NCBI GenBank assembly: GCA_965197725.1 | Contig: CBDANQ010000060.1 | Coordinates: 32,001 to 96,000 of the forward strand | Length of the DNA stretch: 64,000 nucleotides | Direction: 5' to 3' | DNA from: Longimicrobiales bacterium | GTDB lineage: Bacteria > Gemmatimonadota > Gemmatimonadetes > Longimicrobiales > Gaopeijiaceae | In this document: positions 1-11,186 of the stretch, piece by piece | How the letters are laid out: the number at the start of each line of letters is the position of its first letter | Numbering within the stretch: the first letter of the stretch is position 1 | Notes under the pieces: generated by a model | Databases searched by the model: none | What the model saw: the letters and a program-made list of their open reading frames with translations, nothing else | What the model was told of the DNA's origin: nothing | Program-made: the position numbers and the translations under genes

Positions 1-2
1 AA

Positions 3-1607
3 GCGCTCATCCTCGAGGCCAACCTCATCAAGGAGCATCGGCCGCGCTTCAACATCCTCATGAGGGACGACAAGAAGTACCCGTACATCAAGGTCACCGT
101 GAAGGAGCCGTTCCCGCGCGTGTACGTGACTCGGGCTCTGGTGAGCGACGGTTCGCGGTACTTCGGTCCGTACACGTCGGTGGGCCCCATGCGACAGGCG
201 CTCGAGGTCGTGAATCGACTGCATACCGTGCGCTCTTGCCGCTACAACTTGCCGAAGGATAGACCCGACCGACCGTGTCTCGACTACCACATCGGACGGT
301 GCATGGCGCCCTGCGTCGGCCTGCAGAGCGAAGCCGACTATCGCAGAATGACGGACGACATCCTGCGCATCCTCGAGGGCGACACCGAGCAGCTCAGGGG
401 TGACGTGGAGATGCGAATGCGTGAGGCGTCGGCGGCGCTCGACTTCGAGCGTGCCGCGCGCATGCGTGACGTGCTAACCGGTCTGGATACGCTCGCCAAG
501 GAACAGCGGGTGCACCGCGCCCAAGGGGGGGACCTGGACATCGTCGGCCTGGCGCGAGACGGCGACCTCGGCGCTGGCGTCGTGCTCAAGGTGCGCTCTG
601 GGCTTCTGCTCGGTCGCGACGCGCAGCGATTCGCCAAGATTGGGGACGAGTCCGAAGCGGACTTGTTGAGCTCGCTCGTTTCCAGGCACTACCTGGGCGC
701 GGGAGACGCGGGGTTGGTCGATCTGCCGAGACACGTGCTGCTGCCTCATGAGCTCGAAGATCGTGCGTTGCTCGCGGAGATCCTCACGGAGGGCGCGGGC
801 CGTCAGGTCGCAGTCACCGTGCCTCGGAGGGGCGAGAAGCTGCGCCTGATCGAGTTGGCGGAGGAGAATGCGCGCCAGGTGCTCGAGGACCGCGTCGCGT
901 CGCTCACGTACGGCGCGGATCGGGCTGAGGACGCGCTCTTCAGCCTCCAGGACGAGCTCGACCTCAAAGTGGTGCCCCGGCTCATGGTGTGTTTCGATAT
1001 TTCACACATCCAGGGCTCGGAGACCGTAGGCAGTGCGGTGGTCTTCGAGAACGGGGAGCCGCGCCGCGCCGCGTATCGCCACATGCGCATCAAGGGGAAT
1101 CGGGGGAACGACGACTTCGCGTCCATGGAAGAGGCGGTCCGCCGGTACTTCCGGCGCCGTCGGGACGAGGACAAGCCGTTGCCCGATCTGGCCGTCATCG
1201 ATGGCGGAAAGGGTCAGTTGAGCGCGGCGGTGAGCGCCCTGGCTTCGCTCGAGCTGGAGGATGTGGCGGTCATCGCGCTCGCGAAGAGGGAGGAGGAGGT
1301 CTTTGTGCCCGGGAGCTCGAGGCCCGTCTTGCTGGACCGGAGAAACCGCGCGCTCCACTTGCTTCAGCGCATCCGGGACGAAGCTCACCGATTCGCGGTG
1401 CGCTACAACCGAAAGCTCCGCCGCAAGCGCACTATTCGCAGCGAGCTCGGCGACATTCCGGGCATTGGGCCCCAGCGCCAGAGGGTTCTGCTGCGCCGCT
1501 TTGGATCCGTAAAGAGCCTGCGTCAAGCGACCCGGGACGAAATCGCTCGCATCCCGGGCTTCTCCGAAGCGCTCGCGAGCCGCGTCTTGACCTATCTTGG
1601 ACGGTAA
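3..1607 (+). CDS. uvrC: Excinuclease ABC subunit C (5' end outside window)
   Basis: Frame open from base 3 (ALILEANLIKEHRPRFNILMRDDKKYPY); RYFGPY, Cys cluster CLDYHIGRCMAPC, UVR domain, RNase H-like CFDISH / IDGGKGQ / RDEAHRFA, C-terminal HhH IPGIGP. Confidence 0.97.
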   Translation, partial: ALILEANLIKEHRPRFNILMRDDKKYPYIKVTVKEPFPRVYVTRALVSDGSRYFGPYTSVGPMRQALEVVNRLHTVRSCRYNLPKDRPDRPCLDYHIGRCMAPCVGLQSEADYRRMTDDILRILEGDTEQLRGDVEMRMREASAALDFERAARMRDVLTGLDTLAKEQRVHRAQGGDLDIVGLARDGDLGAGVVLKVRSGLLLGRDAQRFAKIGDESEADLLSSLVSRHYLGAGDAGLVDLPRHVLLPHELEDRALLAEILTEGAGRQVAVTVPRRGEKLRLIELAEENARQVLEDRVASLTYGADRAEDALFSLQDELDLKVVPRLMVCFDISHIQGSETVGSAVVFENGEPRRAAYRHMRIKGNRGNDDFASMEEAVRRYFRRRRDEDKPLPDLAVIDGGKGQLSAAVSALASLELEDVAVIALAKREEEVFVPGSSRPVLLDRRNRALHLLQRIRDEAHRFAVRYNRKLRRKRTIRSELGDIPGIGPQRQRVLLRRFGSVKSLRQATRDEIARIPGFSEALASRVLTYLGR

Positions 1608-1608
1608 C

Positions 1609-3054
1609 GTGACCGTACGCACCCGCTTCGCCCCGAGCCCGACCGGCCGTTTGCACCTCGGCAACGTTCGAGCCGCGGCCTTCAACTGGCTGTTCGCGCG
1701 TCGCCACGGCGGGGTCTTCATCCTGCGCATCGAAGACACGGACACCGAGCGCAACGTCGTTGAAAGCGAGCTGGGCATCCTGGACGATCTGCGCTGGCTG
1801 GGCCTCGACTGGGACGAGGGGCCGGCTGTCGGCGGACCTCACGGGCCGTACCGTCAGAGTGGACGGGCCGAGCCGCATGCCGCGGCGGTCGAGAGGCTGA
1901 TCGCCTCGGCACGCGCCTACCCATGCTTTTGCGCGGAGCAGGCGCACGACGCCGCCGCAGGCGCGGACCGGCTCGCGCGTCGCTACGCGGGCACGTGTCG
2001 GCGTCTGTCGGCTCAAGAGCGGGCTTTCCGACTGGAGTCGGGCGAGGATTACGTGATCCGTTTCGCGGTTCCGGAAGACCTCGATCATGTCGAGATCGTG
2101 GACGAGATCTTCGGTCCTATCTCGTTTCCCACCAGTGACATAGACGATTTTGTGCTCAGGCGGACGGACGGACGGGTCACGTACAATTTCGGCGTAGTGG
2201 TGGATGACATCGACATGGAGATCACACACGTGATTCGAGGCGTCGGTCACCTGTCGAACACGCCGAAGCAGTTCCTGCTCTTCCAGGCGTTCGGAGGATC
2301 GGCGCCGAAGTTCGCGCACCTTCCCACCGTGCTTGGGTCCGACGGTCGCAAGCTGTCCAAACGGGAGGGCGCGACCGCAGTCGCCGAGCTGCGGAGCCGG
2401 GGTTTTCCTCCGGACGCCGTGCTCAACTACTTGTCGCTGCTCGGCTGGTCGCATCCGGAGGAAAAGGAGGTGCTGACCCGTTCTGAGCTCGTGCAGGCGA
2501 TGTCTCTCGATCGCGTCGGGAAGAGCGATACGCAGATGGATGCCGAGAAGCTACTGTGGGTTTCCCAGCAGCACTTGGCGCTCGAGAGCCTGGAGGAGCT
2601 GACGGCCCACGTCGGGCAGTTCATTGACCGAGACCGCTTCCCGGGCCTAGGCGCCGATGCGTCGCCGGCAGTCGACGCCCTGCGCACGCGACTTTCCACC
2701 TACGGTGACATCAACGACCACCTCGGGCTGCTCTTCGCCGGGGACGAGGCCGCCGCCGCGTCCATTCGGGCTGAGGTGGGGGCCGACCCGCAGGCGCGCG
2801 CGGTGCTCTCCGCCGTGCGCGGGCGGCTCGAAGCCGTAGAGAGCTGGGAGGCCGAAGCGCTCGGCGATGCGATCAGGGCCGGAGGGGGCGATGCGGGGGC
2901 GGGTGGAGCCAGTCTCTACCATCCTTTGAGGCTCGTGCTCATCGGCTCGGAGAAGGGCCCGGACCTCGGCAAGATCCTTGCAGGGGTTGGAATGACCGAA
3001 GCGTTTCGTCGTATAGATGAGGCGTTGAGAAAGGGCAACGCGCACGCTAGCTGA
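1609..3054 (+). CDS. gltX: Glutamate--tRNA ligase
   Basis: VRTRFAPSPTG, HIGH-type HLGN, LRIEDTD, KMSKS-type KLSKR, C-terminal anticodon-binding domain; GTG start at 1609 right after the uvrC stop. Confidence 0.93.
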   Translation: MTVRTRFAPSPTGRLHLGNVRAAAFNWLFARRHGGVFILRIEDTDTERNVVESELGILDDLRWLGLDWDEGPAVGGPHGPYRQSGRAEPHAAAVERLIASARAYPCFCAEQAHDAAAGADRLARRYAGTCRRLSAQERAFRLESGEDYVIRFAVPEDLDHVEIVDEIFGPISFPTSDIDDFVLRRTDGRVTYNFGVVVDDIDMEITHVIRGVGHLSNTPKQFLLFQAFGGSAPKFAHLPTVLGSDGRKLSKREGATAVAELRSRGFPPDAVLNYLSLLGWSHPEEKEVLTRSELVQAMSLDRVGKSDTQMDAEKLLWVSQQHLALESLEELTAHVGQFIDRDRFPGLGADASPAVDALRTRLSTYGDINDHLGLLFAGDEAAAASIRAEVGADPQARAVLSAVRGRLEAVESWEAEALGDAIRAGGGDAGAGGASLYHPLRLVLIGSEKGPDLGKILAGVGMTEAFRRIDEALRKGNAHAS

Positions 3055-3163
3055 GGAGCGGGAGAATTCGCGTTTCGGCGGGGCCTTGGCGGGCTTTTTG
3101 TGGTCCTCTACTTTATTCGGTCAGTATATCGTTACGTGTTTGACCCCAATGGAGGATCCCCGG

Positions 3164-4603
3164 ATGAAGATCCGTCTCGGACTCGTCCTGACGCTGGCCT
3201 TTGGTCTCGGACTAACTGGTTGTGCTTCTGGTGGCGGAGGTGGCGGAGGTGGCGGTGCCGCGCCGTCCGGCCCGTCAACGCCCGGTGGCGCGGCTCTCGC
3301 CCAGGGCGAGAGTCCTCGTGAGACTGAGAACACACGCGCAGCGCAGCGTCATTTGGATGCCGGCAACGACGCGGACGACCCGGGCGAGGCCCGACTGCAC
3401 TTCGAGCAGGGGCTCACGGCCGCCATGGCGGCGATCGCCGAGGACGGCGGCAACCCTCTGGCTCACCGTCAGGCTGCGCTGGCGAGTCTCGCCCTCGAGA
3501 ACTACCAGGACGCGGGCACTCACTTCGACCACGCCGCCGAGCTGCGTCCGCTATACGAGTTCGAGGATGAGAGCATCCGTGAGCGTGCTTGGATCGGTCT
3601 ATACCAGGAAGGGATTCCTCTCGTGAACTCGGGTGACTACGAAGGTGCGGCCTCCATCTTCGAGGACGCCAACGGGATCTATTCTGCGCGGCCCGAGATC
3701 ATGTTCACTCTGGCCCAGCTCCATGCGCAGCTGGGCAACCACGACGCGGCTCTAGAGAACATCGCGTCCGCTCTCGCGATCATGAATTCGGAGAAAATCG
3801 CGGAGATGGACTCCACGACCGCCGCCAGTTGGCGGGGGCAGGCGGCCGGCCTGCCGATGCTGCGGGCTCAGATCTTCTATGATGCAGACCGTTTTGAAGA
3901 AGCCGCAGAGGCGTACCGGGGGCTCGTCGCGAGGAATCCCGATGATGTGCTCGCCGCACGCGGCCTCGCCGACGTCCTCATGGAAATGGGAGACGAGGCG
4001 GGGGCGTTCGCCGAGTACGAGAAGCTCCTGGCGCGTCCGAATCTGAGCGCCACCGACTTTTACAGTATCGGCGTCGGCTTGTATAACGGTAGCAACTACG
4101 CGCGCGCGGCCCAGGCCTTCGAGGGTGCGGCGACGCGCAACGTCAAGGACCGCGACGCGCTCGAGATGTGGGTGAGGTCGCTCCAGCTGGACTCGGCCTA
4201 CGTGGAGATCCCGGCTGTGGGTGACCGCTGGGTCGAGCTCGACCCGTACAGCCAGACCGGCTACCTGCTTATGGCCCAGGCGGTGAACCAGAACGGTGAC
4301 GGGGACCGGGCTCGGGAGCTCATCGCCGCGATCGACGCGCTCGAGGTCGAATTGTCCGACCTGCAGATCACGCGCTTCGCCACCGGTGGCGCACAAGTAA
4401 CCGGATCGGTGGCCAACAAGACGCTCGATCAGGGTGCGACGGTGACGTTGACCTTCACGTTCTATACCGCCGCCGGTGACGCGATGGGTACGCTAACCCA
4501 CGAGGTCACGGTGGGCGGAGAGGGCATGAGGGAGGTCTTCCAGCTGGAGTACAGCACCGGGGACGAGGTGGGCGGATACGGCTACACGCTGTCGATCGGC
4601 TGA
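3164..4603 (+). CDS. TPR-repeat lipoprotein
   Basis: GGAGG RBS, signal peptide with lipobox LTGC, Gly linker, multiple helical TPR-like repeats, small C-terminal beta domain. Confidence 0.8.
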   Translation: MKIRLGLVLTLAFGLGLTGCASGGGGGGGGGAAPSGPSTPGGAALAQGESPRETENTRAAQRHLDAGNDADDPGEARLHFEQGLTAAMAAIAEDGGNPLAHRQAALASLALENYQDAGTHFDHAAELRPLYEFEDESIRERAWIGLYQEGIPLVNSGDYEGAASIFEDANGIYSARPEIMFTLAQLHAQLGNHDAALENIASALAIMNSEKIAEMDSTTAASWRGQAAGLPMLRAQIFYDADRFEEAAEAYRGLVARNPDDVLAARGLADVLMEMGDEAGAFAEYEKLLARPNLSATDFYSIGVGLYNGSNYARAAQAFEGAATRNVKDRDALEMWVRSLQLDSAYVEIPAVGDRWVELDPYSQTGYLLMAQAVNQNGDGDRARELIAAIDALEVELSDLQITRFATGGAQVTGSVANKTLDQGATVTLTFTFYTAAGDAMGTLTHEVTVGGEGMREVFQLEYSTGDEVGGYGYTLSIG

Positions 4604-4659
4604 TCGCTGGCTGGCGCAAAGACGCCGAGCGGGCGGTCCGGTGATCCGGGCCGCCCCAA

Positions 4660-4732
4660 GCGGGAGTAGCTCAGTTGGTAGAGCATCAGCTTCCCAAGCT
4701 GAGGGTCGCCGGTTCGAACCCGGTCTCCCGCT
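4660..4732 (+). tRNA. tRNA-Gly(CCC), copy 1
   Basis: Acceptor GCGGGAG/CTCCCGC, D arm AGCTCAGTTGGTAGAGC, anticodon stem TCAGC-TTCCCAA-GCTGA, T loop GGTTCGAACCC; CCA not encoded. Confidence 0.97.
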
Positions 4733-4744
4733 CTGTGGTAAAGC

Positions 4745-4781
4745 AAGGCCCTCCAAGGACTTAGAGCCTTGGGGGGCTTTC
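4745..4781 (+). terminator. Putative intrinsic terminator after tRNA-Gly
   Basis: Hairpin GCCCTCCAAGG...CCTTGGGGGGC followed by TTT; a related hairpin follows copy 2 (~8966-8999). Confidence 0.6.
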
Positions 4782-4822
4782 GTGGTAACAGATTAGGCTG
4801 AAGGTCGGTGTCAATGGTGGTG

Positions 4823-4875
4823 TCACAAAAGGGCTAGTCGGTCGGCCACTTTGTCGCGATGGGCCTCGATCACTT
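4823..4875 (-). pseudogene. Extreme C-terminal remnant of a tyrosine integrase
   Basis: Translates IEAHRDKVADRLALL*, similar to the VEDHMERVGDRLAAM tail of the integrase remnant at 9067; same position and orientation relative to the tRNA. Confidence 0.45.
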
Positions 4876-5074
4876 CAACGAGCTCGCGGATCAAACGGAT
4901 CTCGATGAGCAGGAGGGCATGATGCATCTGTTCGAGGGAGCGGCCCTTGGCATCAGGAATCCCGGTGGCCACTCCTTTCCCGAAGGTCCCGAGCAGCGTG
5001 CGCTCGCGTACCTCGAACTGCTGAGCCTTCTGGCATACCGGACCGAGGAAGCGAAGCGCGTACGATCCAATTAG
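4876..5074 (+). pseudogene. C-terminal fragment of TIGR02391-like protein
   Basis: DEQEGMMHLFEGAALGIRNPGGH...ALAYLELLSLL motif; stop followed by GCCTAACAAGCG, an attC R''-like start. Confidence 0.6.
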
Positions 5075-5109
5075 CATCGGCAGCGGCCTAACAAGCGTAT
5101 CTGGACATC

Positions 5110-5282
5110 TCCCCCTTCGGGCAGGGATGGATGTCGTCGATCAGCTCTTTTCGGGCTACGGAGACACTCCGGTTCAGCAGAACATCGCGACCCAGGGCAA
5201 CGCGTACCTGACGAAGGACTTCCCTAACCTCGACCACGTGGAACGAGCCAGCATCGTCTTGCCCGCCATGGGGGGCCTATAA
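5110..5282 (+). pseudogene. C-terminal fragment of cyclophilin-type peptidyl-prolyl isomerase
   Basis: PFGQ / GMDVVDQLFSGYG...QGNAYLTKDFPNLD typical of the C-terminus of bacterial cyclophilins; no N-terminal part. Confidence 0.65.
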
Positions 5283-5505
5283 CGAGCCATCCCTGAGAGG
5301 CCTCATCCCCGTACTCAACCTATCGGATGACCGCTAAACTCCGCTCCCCCGCCCCCAAGGAGACGGCATTTCCATCGCCATCCACGACCGAGTGGTGCGT
5401 GGTCTCGGGGCTCTCGATCGGGGGTGGCTCGCCCGTACCGGGAGTGATCTCACTTGTGGCAGCCGCCTGATCCAACAAGGCGGGACCGCTACGGGTCAAT
5501 TGGGC

Positions 5506-7852
5506 ATGATGAACCCCCGCGAGTCGTCTGTGCCCTGGACCGCGGTCGTTGCCCTGTTCGCGGCAACGGTGATACCCACGTGCACCCGCGGGCTGGTTGC
5601 CCAGACGCTGACCGGCACGGGGAGCGAACAGCTCCAGGTCGAAGGCCCCACCCCACCCCGGGCGCCCGAGGTCATCAACCGCGACAGCCTGGGCAACGCC
5701 ACGGTCCGGGCGATTCGGCTGACTCAGCCATTCCACCTCGATGGCGAACTGGACGAACCTTTCTACGAGGCGACCCCCTCGTTCTCGGATTTCATCCAGA
5801 GCGTACCGGATGAGGGAGCGCCCGCGACCGAGCGCACGGAGGCATGGATTTGGTTCGACGACGAAAACGTGTATGTGTCCGCGCGCGTGTGGGACTCCGC
5901 GCCCGAGAGCGAGTGGGTGGCGAACGAATTGCGGCGCGACGGCGCTCAGGTCCGGTCGAACGACCACTTCGGCGTGATCTTCGACACCTTTTACGATCGT
6001 CGCAACGGGGTGTTTTTCTACACCAATCCCCTCGGTGCGCTGACCGACCTCGCGATCGCGAACGAGCGAGATGCGAACCGCGACTGGAACCCGGTCTGGG
6101 ACGTGAGAACAGGTCGCTTCGAGGGCGGATGGACAGTGGAGATGCGGATCCCCTTCAAGTCGCTCCGGTACCGACCCGGCCTTCAGCAGGTATGGGGCGT
6201 GCAAATGAGACGGAACGTCGCTCGCAAGAACGAGACGAGCCATCTCACGTTCATCCCCAGGTCGGTGGCCAGCGGAGCTATGCGGATCTCGATGGGGGGC
6301 ACGCTGGTCGGGCTAAGAGGCGCCGCGCACGAGCCGGGTGTTCGAAGTCAAGCCGTATGGCATTTCCGGTCTCGACACCAACCTCACGGCCGATCCCCCA
6401 GTCCGGAACCATCTCGACGCTGACGCGGGGGTGGACCTCAAGATCGGCATCACCAACAATCTGACGGCAGATTTCACGCTCAACACCGAGTTCGCACAGG
6501 TCGAGGCGGACGAGCAGCAGGTCAACCTCACGCGGTTCAGCCTCTTCTTCCCCGAGAAGAGGGAGTTCTTTCTCGAAGGGCGAGGAATCTTCGGCTTCGC
6601 GGAACCCGCCACCGGCGGTGGCCGTCGCCGAGGCCGAGGCCGAGGCACCCCAGCCGCCGGAGTGAGCGCGCCCACGCTTTTCTTCAGCCGGCAAATCGGC
6701 TTCCAGGCAGGAGAGCCGGTGCCGATCCTCGGCGGCGGTCGAGTGACCGGGAAGGTGGGGTCCTTCGATGTCGGCGCGATGAGCATCCAAACGGACGACC
6801 TCCCAAGCACAGGCGCCGAATCCACGAATTTCTCGGTGCTACGGCTCCGTCGGGACATCCTCCGGAGGAGCAGCATCGGGGTCGTGTTGGAGAACCGATC
6901 GGAATCCACGCTCGCGCCGGGATCCAATCAGGTGTACGGAGTGGACGCCACGTTCTCGTTCTTCGACAACGTGAACTTGCTCACGTACTACGCCAAGACG
7001 GAAACCGAGGGGCTGACGGGCCCGGACCAGAGCTACCGGGGCCGCTTCAGCTACGGCGGGGACGTATGGGGGCTTCAGGTCGATCATCTTCTGGTAGGAG
7101 AGGACTTCAACCCGGAGCTCGGCTTCGTGCCGCGGAAGGGATTCCGACAGAGCTTCCTCTCCGGTCGGTACAGCCCGCGGCCGGCATCCATTGAGTGGAT
7201 CCGACAGGTGACCCTCCAGGCGCACATCAACTACGTGGAGAACGCCGAGGCGGGGTTCGTCGAGACCCGGGAGCGACAGGGAAGTTTCCGAACCGAATTC
7301 GAGAACAGCGACTTGTTCAACGCGGATTTCACCGACAGCTACGAGAACCTGACCGAGCCCTTCTCGATCGCGTCCGGCGTGACGATCCCCGTGGGCCGAT
7401 ACACCTTCCGTGACGTGCACCTGAGGTACGACTTCGGTGTCCAGCGCCCGTACTCGGGGAATCTCTCGGTGCGAAGAGGCAGCTTCTTCGGGGGCAACCG
7501 AACCTCGGTTGGGTTTCAGCAGGCCAGGATCGAAATCCTGCCTCAACTCTCCGTCGAGCCGAACGTCTCGTTCAACTGGGTCAACCTGCCCCAGGGCGAC
7601 TTTACTCAGCATGTCGTCGCGACGCGCGTCAGCTACAGCTTCTCGCCCCGCGTGTTTCTGAGCGGACTTATCCAGTACAGTACCAGTAGCGACAGCTTCA
7701 GCTCGAATCTGCGCCTGCGCTGGGAGTACGCCCCCGGCAGCGAGATCTTCGTCGTGTACACGGAAGAGCGCGATACGGACGTGTTCGACCGGTTCTCCGA
7801 GCTGTCCAACCGGGGGCTCGTGATCAAGGTGAACCGATTATTCCGCCTCTGA
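5506..7852 (+). pseudogene. CBM9-like/DUF5916 outer-membrane protein, frameshifted at ~6316
   Basis: ORFs 5392-6423 and 6338-7852 join into one protein (GLEAPRTSRVFEVKPY) if one A is removed from CTAAGAG; motifs WTVEMRIPFKSLRY, NTEFAQVEAD, FFPEKREFFLEG; barrel-like end KVNRLFRL. Confidence 0.8.
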
Positions 7853-8878
7853 CGAAGAGCGCGCGGGAGACACGGTGATCCGCTGCCACGCAGGCGGGGG
7901 CGACGCAAGACGTTTCTGAGCGCCCAAGCTGCGGTGGTGCGAACCATTTCCCGAAGCACCCCGAACGAGCGGTTTATCGAGCGTGTGACCCCGATCGGTG
8001 CGCTGCGACCAGCTCGACCGCCTCGTCGCGGGCTGGGCGGGGACGACGGTCGCGTCGTGAGGAGCCTGGAGTCAGGCCTGCCGGTGCTGGTCCTCGGGTG
8101 CGCTAGCGCTGGCCGCCGCGAAACGTCAGGTACTCCGGCTTCGTCTCCTCGAGGATCTCCCGGATCGCACTGCGATCGGCATCGCTCAGGTGCTCGAACT
8201 CCTCGCTGCGATCGTCGCCGTCGAGCACCGCACGAGAGCGCTCGTAGAGCGGGACCTTCACGACCTCCGGTAGGGCGGCGAACGCCTCCGAGTAGATCAG
8301 AAAGCTCAGCGGATAACGGAAGAGCCGGCTGTCCAGGTCGAAGTCCCTGAGTGAGCGCCCCCGTGAATCGACGGGTCCCCGTGCCGTGAAGTCGGCGGCG
8401 AAGCCCGACGTGCCCGCGATCGGTCCGCCCTACTCGAATGTAACCGCCGGAGTCCCGGCCCCCTCCGGGGGGTTGGCGGTCGGCTGTGCGAGCCTGTGGG
8501 TGGGCGTTCAGGCCCGCCACCCCGCGCGGCTTTCGCATGAATAGGCGTGTATGCTGCGAGATTATCTCAGGATTCTCCAGAAAATTGTGCGTGATATATG
8601 TGTTGCCCCCCTCAAAACTGCCCTACCGCCCGGCCCCTCGCCCACCTCCAGGTACCTGCGGTGCCCTTAAAGGGGGGGGGCTGGGGGGTGATGGTCGCGC
8701 TCGGGCCGGGGCTGATCGAGAGGGGGGACGGCCCACAGCTATCTCGCGGATCGCTCTTCGTGACCCGGCGGCGATTGAAGTATCTCGTTGTCACGGACGG
8801 TCGGACCACTGACGAGGGCGCGCGTCTGAGCCAAGACCACATACGGGTGCTCACCAGCCTTGATACGGGCCGCCCCAA

Positions 8879-8951
8879 GCGGGAGTAGCTCAGTTGGTAG
8901 AGCATCAGCTTCCCAAGCTGAGGGTCGCCGGTTCGAACCCGGTCTCCCGCT
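8879..8951 (+). tRNA. tRNA-Gly(CCC), copy 2 (identical to copy 1)
   Basis: Part of a 90-bp perfect direct repeat 4647-4736 / 8866-8955. Confidence 0.96.
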
Positions 8952-9066
8952 CTGTAGGAATAGAAGGTCCCCCAAGGACTTAGAGCCTTGAGGGGCCTTG
9001 GGGCTCCTGGGCCCTTCCTGGCCTAACTGTGCCGGTTTCTGTGCCAGACCAGCCGAAAAAAAGGGG

Positions 9067-9400
9067 CTAGTTGGTCTCCGCGTCCGCCACCGCCATTGCC
9101 GCCAGCCGATCTCCGACCCGCTCCATGTGGTCCTCCACGCGAAACTCCACGACCTCGGTGGCGCCCTCTTCCACTCGGTCGTGCAGGTGTGCGTAGCGGT
9201 CCTCGAGCATGTCCGTCGAAGCGTGTCCCAGCTCCCGCGCGACGGTGTATAGCGCCACGGGGCGCCCGCGGTCGCAAGTCTGCACGCGGGCCGCGGCGTA
9301 CGTGTGTCGGAGCATGTGCAGCCGGACATGGCCGCTGGGGAAGCCTGGGATATCGTTGTACCCGCTCCCGGAACGGGTCGTGATACTGTTTGGGCTGAGG
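9067..9400 (-). pseudogene. C-terminal catalytic fragment of a tyrosine integrase
   Basis: RLHMLRHTYA (HxxR), ARELGH, RYAHL (catalytic Tyr); converges on tRNA-Gly; CTGTGCC direct repeats (possible arm sites) at ~9028-9046. Confidence 0.8.
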
Positions 9401-9571
9401 GTGTGTGGCCTATACTGCTGCAACCCCCCACGGATGTGGAATCGCCTGGGAGGTCGCAAGCCCCCCCTTGCCTCTCTGCCGGGAAGCGAGTATTCCGGAT
9501 CTCGGTGTGCCGGTCTTCCTCCGAGGACGAGGACGGCGGCCACCGTTCAGCCCGCAGCCGAAGGAGGCTCC

Positions 9572-11080
9572 ATGCACGTGCCCACGACGATCGTCGCGCT
9601 CCTCGCCCTCGGGCCCGCGGCGGCCGCATCCGCCCAAATCACGAACCCCGTCCTCGAACCCATCGAGAAGCGCGGCCTGATGATCGAGATCCGCGACGTC
9701 GCCCGTCTGCCGCAAACACGTGGGATGCGTCCGCCCGAGGAGGACGTGAATCCGGCGGGCTGGGCGCGCGTGAGCTTCGTGCGCGAGCGCCCCAACGGCC
9801 TGCTGTTCGCGAACGACTCGCGCGGATTCCTCTACATCCTGGACGGGAGCGATCCGCCCACGCTCTACCTGAACCTCGCCGAGCTCTTCCCCTTCGCCGC
9901 GTACAACCGGCTCGAGAGCGGGTTCATCGGCTTCGACTTCCACCCCGAGTTCGCGCGCAACGGGCTGTTCTACACGGTGCACGGGGAGCGCGCGCAGGGC
10001 AATCCGGCCACTCCCGACTTCATTCCACCCGGTTACGGTCCGGCCGACGTGACGTACCACAACGTGATCACGGAGTGGCGGGCGACTAACCCGGCGGCGA
10101 ACGCCTTTGAGGGCACCCGGCGAGAGTTGCTCCGTGTCGCTCACGTGGTGAACAGCCTCACGCACCCCATGGGGAACGTGGAGTTCAATCCGACGTCGCG
10201 GCCGGGCGATCCCGACTACGGTCTGCTCTACACGAGCGGCAGCGACTTGGGCTTCAGCAACGGCCGCGGGCCGAACGCAAACAACCCCGGCCAAACGGGG
10301 CGGCTCGATTCAGTGATCGGCGCCATCCTGCGCTTCGATCCGCGCAGCCCCTCGGAGACTGGCGGGACCAAGGGGCTCGGCGACTACACTGTCCCGGCCA
10401 TCAACAGGTTCGCGGCCGACGGCGATCCCAACACGCTCGGCGAGATCTACGCGTATGGCTTCCGGAACGCGCATCGGCTTTCCTGGGACCTGACCGACGG
10501 GACCATGTTCGCGTCCGACATCGGCATGACCCACGTGGAGGAGATCAACATCGTCAATGAGGGCGAGAACTACGGCTGGATGCGCCGCGAGGGCTTCTTC
10601 GAGAACGGAATCGTTCGACCGGGGGGAGCGCTGAATCAGCTGCATCCGCTTCCGGAAGCGGTGCTCACCGGACGCGAGAAGGACAGCTTCGCGTATCCGG
10701 TGGTGATCTACGACCACGACGAGGGCCAGGCGGTCACGAACGGATTCGCGTATCACGGCCGCATCGAGGCGCTGGGTGGGAAGTTCATCTTCGGAGACCT
10801 CGTACGGGGTCGACTCTTCGCGGCCGACCTCGACGCGGTTAAGGCGGCGGACGACGGCATCCCTCGGACCGTCGCGCCGGTCGAGGAGATCCAGCTCTAC
10901 ACGCGCAACTCGCACGGCGAGCGAGTCTATGTCACCTTCCGGGAGCTCGTCGAGCGGGCGAACGGGGCTACGGCCACCCGCGCGGACCTGCACCTGAGCC
11001 GGAGCCGCGACGGCGAAATCTTCCTGACGTCTCGCCAGGACGGGATGATACGCATGCTCGTGCCGGACGCGGCGCGGTAG
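9572..11080 (+). CDS. PQQ-dependent sugar dehydrogenase (glucose/sorbosone DH family)
   Basis: AGGAGG RBS, signal peptide, FHPEFARNGLFYT, EIYAYGFRNAHRLSWD, GENYGW motifs. Confidence 0.85.
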   Translation: MHVPTTIVALLALGPAAAASAQITNPVLEPIEKRGLMIEIRDVARLPQTRGMRPPEEDVNPAGWARVSFVRERPNGLLFANDSRGFLYILDGSDPPTLYLNLAELFPFAAYNRLESGFIGFDFHPEFARNGLFYTVHGERAQGNPATPDFIPPGYGPADVTYHNVITEWRATNPAANAFEGTRRELLRVAHVVNSLTHPMGNVEFNPTSRPGDPDYGLLYTSGSDLGFSNGRGPNANNPGQTGRLDSVIGAILRFDPRSPSETGGTKGLGDYTVPAINRFAADGDPNTLGEIYAYGFRNAHRLSWDLTDGTMFASDIGMTHVEEINIVNEGENYGWMRREGFFENGIVRPGGALNQLHPLPEAVLTGREKDSFAYPVVIYDHDEGQAVTNGFAYHGRIEALGGKFIFGDLVRGRLFAADLDAVKAADDGIPRTVAPVEEIQLYTRNSHGERVYVTFRELVERANGATATRADLHLSRSRDGEIFLTSRQDGMIRMLVPDAAR

Positions 11081-11186
11081 CTCGGCCGGGGGCGGTCGAC
11101 CTCGGCGAGGCGCGCCGCGCATCAGCTGCCTCACCGATCACGCGGATCATCGGGGCTCCGCGACCCGCCTTCTGCGATTCGGGTGC

